In this document: positions 57,860-64,000 of the stretch, piece after piece
How the letters are laid out: each line of letters begins with the position of its first letter
Position numbering within the stretch: the first letter of the stretch is position 1
Source of the DNA: Spirochaetales bacterium
Lineage (GTDB): Bacteria > Spirochaetota > Spirochaetia > JABEVK01
Direction of reading: 5' to 3'
Length of the DNA stretch: 64,000 nt
NCBI GenBank assembly: GCA_037142615.1
Contig: JBAXAI010000019.1
Coordinates: 1 to 64,000 of the forward strand
Notes under the pieces: model-generated
What the model was told of the DNA's origin: nothing
What the model saw: only the letters and a program-made list of their open reading frames with translations
Database searches by the model: none
Translations under genes and position numbers: made by a program

Positions 57860-59530
57860 ATGAGTCTGCTGCGGCGCCTTGTGCCCCTTGTTTTTCTTGT
57901 TTTTCCAGCCGTTTCGGGCCCAGCGCTCGACTTCTGGGACAAGACTCCCGATGACCTGCTTGCCACCGCGCTGGTCGCGGCCATGAGCCCCGGCGAACTG
58001 GCTTCGCAGGTGATCATGGTTGCCTTTCCCGAACCGCAGCCCGACGCCGCAATCCGCCAGTGGGCGGCCGAAATGGGGCTCGGGGGTATCAAGTTTTTTG
58101 GCTGGAACGCCGCCAGCCCGGAGTCGGTGGCGACCGCGGTGGTCACGCTGCAGGCCGAGAGTCAGCGGACCCGTTGGCGCATTCCGCTGCTCGTCGCGAC
58201 CGATCAGGAAGGCGGGTGGGTGCGCCACATCAAGGGCGCTACGAGTACCTCCCCTGGCAATCTTGCCCTCGGAGCTTCACGTTTGCCCTGGGACGCGTGG
58301 CGGACGGGGCAACTCTTGGGAACCGAACTGCGCGAAATGGGCGTCAACATGAACTTCGCGCCCTCGGTTGATCTTTATACGAATCCGGACTCTACCGTGA
58401 TCGGTCCGCGCTCGTTCTCGGCGGATCCGCTGGAGGCCGGGGTGCTGGGAGCGGCCTTCTTCCGGGGTCTGGCAAGCGTCGGGGTCATTGCGACGGCCAA
58501 GCACTTTCCTGGACACGGCAATACCGCCGACGACAGCCATGGCAAGCTTCCGGTTCTCCAAGACACTCTCGAGGTCCTCACCAAACGCGAACTTGTCCCC
58601 TATCGCTTGCTGATCGCCGAAGGGCTGCCGGCCATCATGAGCGGCCACCTGGCCTTTCCAAAAATCAGCGGGAACGACCTGCCTGCCTCGCTCTCGCCCC
58701 AATTGATCGAGGGACTTCTCCGCCGGGACTTGGGCTTCCGGGGGGTCGTCATCACCGACGACCTGCTGATGGAAGGCGCAAGGCCGGGCGACCTCAGCAT
58801 ATCCCAGGCAGCCCTGCAGGCTCTGATGGCCGGAAACGATCTGCTTCTCATCTCGAAACCCCTGTCGGCCCAGTTGGAGGCGCGTCACCTTTTGGTCGCT
58901 ACTGCGGCTTCCAACCCCGCCGTGATGGACCGCCTCCGCGAAAGCGCCCGGCGCGTGCTTCTGCTCAAACTGCGGCAGCTCAAGGGACCGAAGGCCGTGC
59001 CGCTGAACCCTACACCCGCCAAGCTTCAGCTTCCCACGGCCGGAGCCGCTGAGTACTTCCTGCAGTCGACCGCGCGCGCTGCGACCCTGCTTGCCGGCAA
59101 GGACCTGCCTTGGTCGACCGCCGGCCCTCTGCTGGTCGTAACTCCGTATGAGGGAGCTCTTCCCGCGCTGGGCCTGAGGTTTCCAGCGGCGCGGGCCTTG
59201 CCGTACGAATATCGTTTCACCGGATTTGACCCCGACTTCCGGGCTGCTCTGGTCGCCAGGGCTCCCTCCGAAGGCCGACTGGTCTTTGTGCTGGCCGTAC
59301 CCGGTGCGATGGCCTACCTCAAGGCCTTGGAACCTTGGAAGGAGAAACTGGCCGTCATTTCGCTGCTTTCACCGGTCTACCTGCGCGAGGTGCCTTGGGT
59401 GCGCAATGCGGTGGCCGTCTACGGTACCAACGCTGCGGCCTTCGAAGTGGCGGCTGCCGTCCTCGCCGGCGATTTTGCGCCACGGGGAGTTCTTCCCCTC
59501 AAGCTCTCTCCCGTCGCCGAGGTTCCGTGA
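57860..59530 (+). CDS. nagZ: GH3 beta-N-acetylhexosaminidase (NagZ-like)
   Basis: DQEGG, KHFPGHG...DSH, ITDDL; N-terminal signal peptide. Confidence 0.88.
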   Translation: MSLLRRLVPLVFLVFPAVSGPALDFWDKTPDDLLATALVAAMSPGELASQVIMVAFPEPQPDAAIRQWAAEMGLGGIKFFGWNAASPESVATAVVTLQAESQRTRWRIPLLVATDQEGGWVRHIKGATSTSPGNLALGASRLPWDAWRTGQLLGTELREMGVNMNFAPSVDLYTNPDSTVIGPRSFSADPLEAGVLGAAFFRGLASVGVIATAKHFPGHGNTADDSHGKLPVLQDTLEVLTKRELVPYRLLIAEGLPAIMSGHLAFPKISGNDLPASLSPQLIEGLLRRDLGFRGVVITDDLLMEGARPGDLSISQAALQALMAGNDLLLISKPLSAQLEARHLLVATAASNPAVMDRLRESARRVLLLKLRQLKGPKAVPLNPTPAKLQLPTAGAAEYFLQSTARAATLLAGKDLPWSTAGPLLVVTPYEGALPALGLRFPAARALPYEYRFTGFDPDFRAALVARAPSEGRLVFVLAVPGAMAYLKALEPWKEKLAVISLLSPVYLREVPWVRNAVAVYGTNAAAFEVAAAVLAGDFAPRGVLPLKLSPVAEVP

Positions 59531-60333
59531 AGCCGGTTTCAGGCCAGCTAGCGAGAGAGGTGCGACGTTGGCTTGAGGCTCAGGGGCCCTTGACCACGGG
59601 GCTGTTGGCACAGCAGGGCGCCAAGCTTCTGGTTGCGCCCTCCGCTTCCGGTTGGAATCTGGCGACGGTTCGCGATCGGGCTGTGGTGTATCCCGTCTTC
59701 CCGGATTCCTTGTCGGTGAGCGAGCAGGGCGCTTTCCAGAACCTCTGTTCCCGACTCCACGAGAGTTTCTGCCTGATGGGGCCGCTTTCGTGGGTGTCGC
59801 GTGCCGAAGCCTGCTTGAGCGGACCACGCTTTCGCGAAATGCGCACGGTTGACTACGATTTCCTTTCCCGGCCCTGGCGCGGCGAACCGGTGCCCGAGGA
59901 TCCCCAGTTGACGGTGGCCCGGCCGGCTGACGCGGGGGTTCTGTTTCCGCTTCAGGAGGGTTACGAAAAGGAAGAAGTGCTCTTTTCGCCTGAAGAGTTT
60001 CAACGCGTGGTCAGTTGGCTGGCCTTCCAGAAGACGCTGAAGGAACAGTTGGTTGTCATCCGGTGGAACGGGCGGCAACCCGTGGCCCAAGCTCGCACCA
60101 ACGCCCGGTTTGGGGCCTGGGCGCAGATTGGGGGAGTCTACACCGTGCCGTCACAACGGCGCCGTGGCCTTCAGAAGGAACTGCTTTCGTACTTGCTGGC
60201 GAAGTTATCCTCTGCAGGCCAGGGAGCCTGTCTTTTCGTCAAGAAAGAAAACCTGGCCGCCGTCAATCTGTACTACTCGCTGGGTTTCGGTGATGCCGTC
60301 GACTACCGAATCAGCTACTGGCGGAAGGCCTGA
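59527..60333 (+). CDS. GNAT family acetyltransferase
   Basis: QIGGVYTVPSQRRRG, LFVKKENLAAVNLYYSLGF; GTGA overlap with nagZ. Confidence 0.85.
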   Translation: MKPVSGQLAREVRRWLEAQGPLTTGLLAQQGAKLLVAPSASGWNLATVRDRAVVYPVFPDSLSVSEQGAFQNLCSRLHESFCLMGPLSWVSRAEACLSGPRFREMRTVDYDFLSRPWRGEPVPEDPQLTVARPADAGVLFPLQEGYEKEEVLFSPEEFQRVVSWLAFQKTLKEQLVVIRWNGRQPVAQARTNARFGAWAQIGGVYTVPSQRRRGLQKELLSYLLAKLSSAGQGACLFVKKENLAAVNLYYSLGFGDAVDYRISYWRKA

Positions 60334-61540
60334 CCGGCGCCTTTTGCCCGAAAAGGCCCTGAAAGAACAGCGAAACCGCGTCGGCAACGCCCTGCCACCA
60401 CGGAGCTTCGTGAAGTAGTTTCTGCGACACCAAGGGCAGACTGTAGAACACCTTGCCCCCGCGCGACCATTCCACCCGGCCTAAGGGTGTGTGCGGCGGA
60501 AAAGGGCCCAGGTAGGCCTCATCGAGCACCACCCGGGCTTGTACCAGCGGGCTTTCCTCGGTCGAAAGCGGGTAAACGGCCTCCTGGGCCACAGAAACAT
60601 CAACCAGCGATTCTTGCGCATACCACACCCGCACCGGGGGAAGAACGGGCAAAGGGAGAGGCCTGAGCGGGTAGTTGGCAAATCCGAAATCCAGCAGCTT
60701 CGAGGCCTGGGCCGCCCGAACCCGGCTGCCTTCGTTGAGGTCAGCAGCCTGCACGCCGAGAACAACGGCAATGAGCCTCTGCGAACCGCGCCGGGCCGTG
60801 GCCGCCAGATTGTAGCCGGATTCGGTGATGTAGCCGGTTTTGAGTCCATCCGCGCCGGGATACGACTCCAAGAGAGAGTTGCGGTTGGCCTGCACGATCG
60901 TCTTGACGGGCCGCCTGTCTCCAGAGGCTCGGTTTTCCTCCAGCGGATACGCGAGTTGGCGAACACTGTGCAACAGCTCCAGGGCCTGAGGGTGCGCCTG
61001 TATGTACAGGCGGCAAAACCGTGCCCAGTCTGCGGCCGTGGTCCGGTTCTCGGGGCTGAACCCGAACGCATCGCGAAACTCGGTCCGAGCCAGCCCCAAC
61101 GCCTTTGTCTCCGCGTTCATGAGCCCCACAAAGCCGGACTGGCTGCCACCAAGAAACTGGGCAAGCACCAAGCCCGCGTCGTTGCCGCTGTCCACCGCGA
61201 GCCCGAGCATCAGCTCCTTGACGGTGACCTGCTGGCCCGCTTCGAGGAACATCAGCGATGAGCCGGCAGGAACCAGTGCCAGAACTGCGGGCGTGACCGG
61301 AACCTTGGTCGAGGGCTGGACAGTTCCGGCTTCGAGGGCCTTCCAGGCCAGATGCAACGTCATCAGCTTGGTGAGCGAGGCAGGCGGATCCTGCCAGTCG
61401 GGATTCTTTTGAAAAAGAAGGCGGCCCGTGGTGAAGTCCATCAGCGCGGCGCCAGGCACGGGTGGGACAAGGTCTTCGGCAAGGGCCGAACTCCAAAGCC
61501 AGAGAACGCTGAAGAGGGCAAGGGCGAGGGGACTGTGCAT
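60311..61540 (-). CDS. dacA: D-alanyl-D-alanine carboxypeptidase (peptidase S11, PBP5-like)
   Basis: SxxK (ASLTK), SxN (SGN), KTG; signal peptide from ATG 61540. Confidence 0.9.
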   Translation of the reverse strand: MHSPLALALFSVLWLWSSALAEDLVPPVPGAALMDFTTGRLLFQKNPDWQDPPASLTKLMTLHLAWKALEAGTVQPSTKVPVTPAVLALVPAGSSLMFLEAGQQVTVKELMLGLAVDSGNDAGLVLAQFLGGSQSGFVGLMNAETKALGLARTEFRDAFGFSPENRTTAADWARFCRLYIQAHPQALELLHSVRQLAYPLEENRASGDRRPVKTIVQANRNSLLESYPGADGLKTGYITESGYNLAATARRGSQRLIAVVLGVQAADLNEGSRVRAAQASKLLDFGFANYPLRPLPLPVLPPVRVWYAQESLVDVSVAQEAVYPLSTEESPLVQARVVLDEAYLGPFPPHTPLGRVEWSRGGKVFYSLPLVSQKLLHEAPWWQGVADAVSLFFQGLFGQKAPVRPSASS

Positions 61541-61612
61541 GGAAGTACCCACCTTACCCAGGCTCCGTCCGGCGGTCAAGACAAACCCGGGGGGCCATGC
61601 TATAACCCTCCC

Positions 61613-62488
61613 ATGACCGGTCCGACCGGGGCGTCCCGAGCCCTTCCCGCTTGGTTTCTCCAGTTCTGCACTCCCGGGGCCGACCGGTTGGCTCTGCTGG
61701 CCCAGGTGCTTCACGCGGCGGGCGTGCCGTTCGAGCTCGTCAAGACCGGTGCCTTTCGCCATGTTCAGGTGCGACCCGGCCGAGCGGCGAAGCCTGAGGC
61801 CGGCGAAAAACTCGTGCTGGCCCATTACGACCGGGTTGCCGGCAGTCCGGGCGCCAACGACAACGGTGCCAGCGTTCTGGCTCTGGTGGAGTACCTCCGG
61901 CAGCCCCGCAAGGGTCTTCCCCTCAGGGTGGTTTTCACTGACGGAGAAGAGCTCCCCGCCGGAGTTCCGGCCTCCGACCAAGGTGCCTTTGCGCTGGCAC
62001 ACCATTGGGGCCCGCTCCCGGGCGTGTTTCCTGTGGTTCTCGACATGACAGGAATCGGCGATACCGTGGTGCTGGGACATCTTGGCGAACACCTGATACG
62101 AAAGACCCGTCCAGGCGGGCCTCCTACCGACCTCGACGCGTATGCCCGCCAACGGTTGGGCGCGCTGCGGTGGCTGGCGACCTGTGGGGCGGGTGACACC
62201 CTGGAAGTAAACACCCCGTTTTCCGACGACCTTGGTCTCTTCCTGGCGGGAATCCCTGCAGTGCAGGTGAGCCTTCTGCCCAGGCGTCAGGCTTTGGCCT
62301 ACCGAAAGGCGCGTGAAGCTCCCGGCGAACTGGAAGGCCGGGAAGCTGGTCCCTTGCCTCCGGCCTGGCGCACCATGCATACCCCGGACGACAAGCCCGA
62401 GAATCTGACAAATGAAAGCCGGGTGTTGGTCGCCCAGCTGCTCGACAGACTAGAGGTATTTCCTAGTAGCGGGTTTCGAGGTCCTTGA
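61613..62488 (+). CDS. M28 family metallopeptidase
   Basis: AHYD, GANDNGAS, DGEE, LDMTG, MHTPDD. Start at ATG 61613. Confidence 0.85.
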   Translation: MTGPTGASRALPAWFLQFCTPGADRLALLAQVLHAAGVPFELVKTGAFRHVQVRPGRAAKPEAGEKLVLAHYDRVAGSPGANDNGASVLALVEYLRQPRKGLPLRVVFTDGEELPAGVPASDQGAFALAHHWGPLPGVFPVVLDMTGIGDTVVLGHLGEHLIRKTRPGGPPTDLDAYARQRLGALRWLATCGAGDTLEVNTPFSDDLGLFLAGIPAVQVSLLPRRQALAYRKAREAPGELEGREAGPLPPAWRTMHTPDDKPENLTNESRVLVAQLLDRLEVFPSSGFRGP

Positions 62489-63431
62489 GCAGTGTTGCCA
62501 TGGTTGCCTGATCGACCTTTGTTCCGGGTTGACGGAGGACGGTCTCGGCCACCAAACACCCGCATTCGCAGGCAGACCTGAGAGTCAGTCCGCGGTCCAA
62601 GCCCCAGAAGAACCCAGCCTGCAGGGCATCGCCTGCCCCCGTGGTGTCGAAGGGCTCTTCTGTTGAAGCCGGAACATCGATGAAGTTGCCCCCGTCATAA
62701 AGTCGACAACCGAGCTCACCCCGTTTCACGACGAAGCTCCTCACCAGCGGTGAAAAACTCACCAATGCCTCGTCGGAGGTCGATCCTGACAGACAACGGG
62801 CTTCTTCTTCCTGGGCAAATAGATACTGGATGTCTCCGGCCCTGAGGAAGCGCTCCAGACGTTTCCGGTGACGAGTGGTGAGCACCGGGTCAGAGGTATC
62901 GAAAGCCACCGCCTTTTGCTTGGCACGGCAACGCTCCAGGAGCGACTCCATCACGCCGGTCTCTTCCAAGAGGTAGCCTTCGAGGCTGACAATATCGGCG
63001 GCCTCCAGCAAGGCATCGCTGACCAAAGCAGCCGGCAACCCCTCCGAGGCCGAACGGTAGGTGGCTATGGTCCGGTTGCCCCGAGGGCTGAGAAACGTCA
63101 CGCAAATGCCTGTTGGGCTGTCGGTACGGCGAAGGAGGGTAGTCACGCCCGCCGCCTGAAGCTCACTCTCGAACAGGCTGCCTTCATCATCGTTTCCGCA
63201 CTGGCTGACGAAGAACGTGGAAAGACCCAAGCCGGAGGCAAGCTTGGCGACGTTGGCCGAACTGCCCCCTGCCGTCAGGTGCTTTTGGCCGAGCGTGAGC
63301 AGGATGGCCCTCATGCGATAGTCGGGCACCGTATTGAACGAACCGGTGTGCAGACCCAGTCGGAGCGGGACCTCGTCGGCGGTAAACGCGTAAGCGTCGA
63401 CCAGCGCGTGCCCCACCCCGAGCAGGGTCAC
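62463..63431 (-). CDS. PfkB-family carbohydrate/adenosine kinase
   Basis: GGSSANV, VKRGELG, DTTGAGD. Confidence 0.9.
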   Translation of the reverse strand: MTLLGVGHALVDAYAFTADEVPLRLGLHTGSFNTVPDYRMRAILLTLGQKHLTAGGSSANVAKLASGLGLSTFFVSQCGNDDEGSLFESELQAAGVTTLLRRTDSPTGICVTFLSPRGNRTIATYRSASEGLPAALVSDALLEAADIVSLEGYLLEETGVMESLLERCRAKQKAVAFDTSDPVLTTRHRKRLERFLRAGDIQYLFAQEEEARCLSGSTSDEALVSFSPLVRSFVVKRGELGCRLYDGGNFIDVPASTEEPFDTTGAGDALQAGFFWGLDRGLTLRSACECGCLVAETVLRQPGTKVDQATMATLLKDLETRY

Positions 63432-64000
63432 GCCAGAATATCCTGCAGGGCAGGGTTCTTTTTCAGTTCCTTTTCCAGGCCCTTAACCCGTTCTTTGTTG
63501 ACGTAGTCCTTCGCCTCAAACGAGTACTTGAAGTTGGTGTGGATGTCGTAGGTGCCGGCACTGATGGCGTAGGCGTCCTCGGTGATCACCAACTCTTCGT
63601 CGGTTGGAATCACGAAGATTTTGATCGGCGAGTGGTCGGCGCTGATGCAGGTCTCGGCGTTGCGGGTGCGGCTGAGTTTGTTCTTGTCGGGGTCGAGAAT
63701 GATCCCCAGGTTGTCAAGGCCCTTGAGCGCCTCCTCGCGCGTGGCAGGGCTCATTTCTCCGACACCCGCGGTGAACACGATGGCGTCCACGCGGCCCAAG
63801 CCGGCCATGTAGCCGCCGATGTATTTTTTCAGGCGGTAGCCTTCCATCGAACGGGCCAGCTGCGACTGAGCATCGCCGTTGTCGGCCGCCTGGTTGACGT
63901 CACGCCGGTCCGAGAATCGCCCGGTGACACCGAGCAAACCCGACTTCTTGTTCAGGTCGTTCTCGACCTGCTGGCTTGTCATCCCGGTGCGGCGGCAGAT
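63428..64000 (-). CDS. ackA: Acetate kinase, C-terminal part (starts outside the window)
   Basis: LNKKSGLLG, DAIVFTAGVGE, VIPTDEELVI. Confidence 0.93.
   Translation of the reverse strand: MCRRTGMTSQQVENDLNKKSGLLGVTGRFSDRRDVNQAADNGDAQSQLARSMEGYRLKKYIGGYMAGLGRVDAIVFTAGVGEMSPATREEALKGLDNLGIILDPDKNKLSRTRNAETCISADHSPIKIFVIPTDEELVITEDAYAISAGTYDIHTNFKYSFEAKDYVNKERVKGLEKELKKNPALQDILA

Noticed and set aside
60311-62380. Apparent 689-aa DacA with long N-terminal extension
   Set aside because: The extension is antisense to the M28 gene; a signal peptide begins at ATG 61540.

Overview
GC-rich bacterial chromosomal segment, most likely from a spirochaete (two FlaB-type flagellins with flaG-fliD, a TCAA-N16-CCGAT sigma28 promoter, spirochaete-like gene neighbourhoods). 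It is mostly housekeeping: RND efflux with TetR, a two-component pair, asnS, a queuosine-precursor transporter with a preQ1-I riboswitch, an MrfAB/YprAB-type helicase-exonuclease pair with MazG, an RpoS-like sigma factor under a sigma54 promoter, tsaD/tsaB/tsaE, a partial rnf cluster, prfB with its programmed frameshift, ftsY, a lolCDE-like ABC transporter, a UvrD-family helicase, the argRCBD-argG operon with ARG boxes, nagZ, dacA and ackA. I found no mobile element, rRNA, tRNA or CRISPR array. The most unusual items are: (1) an unannotated 47-aa ORF with its own promoter whose C-terminus looks like the redox tail of ribonucleotide reductase; (2) an orphan Cas2-like gene heading the prfB-ftsY-lol gene run; (3) a MerR-TipAS-NUDIX fusion with an internal in-frame start; (4) several apparent pseudo-enzymes (PP2C, class III cyclase, RnfC, GH57); (5) recurrent leaderless promoter architecture. 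All family assignments come from motif recognition by eye, not database searches.
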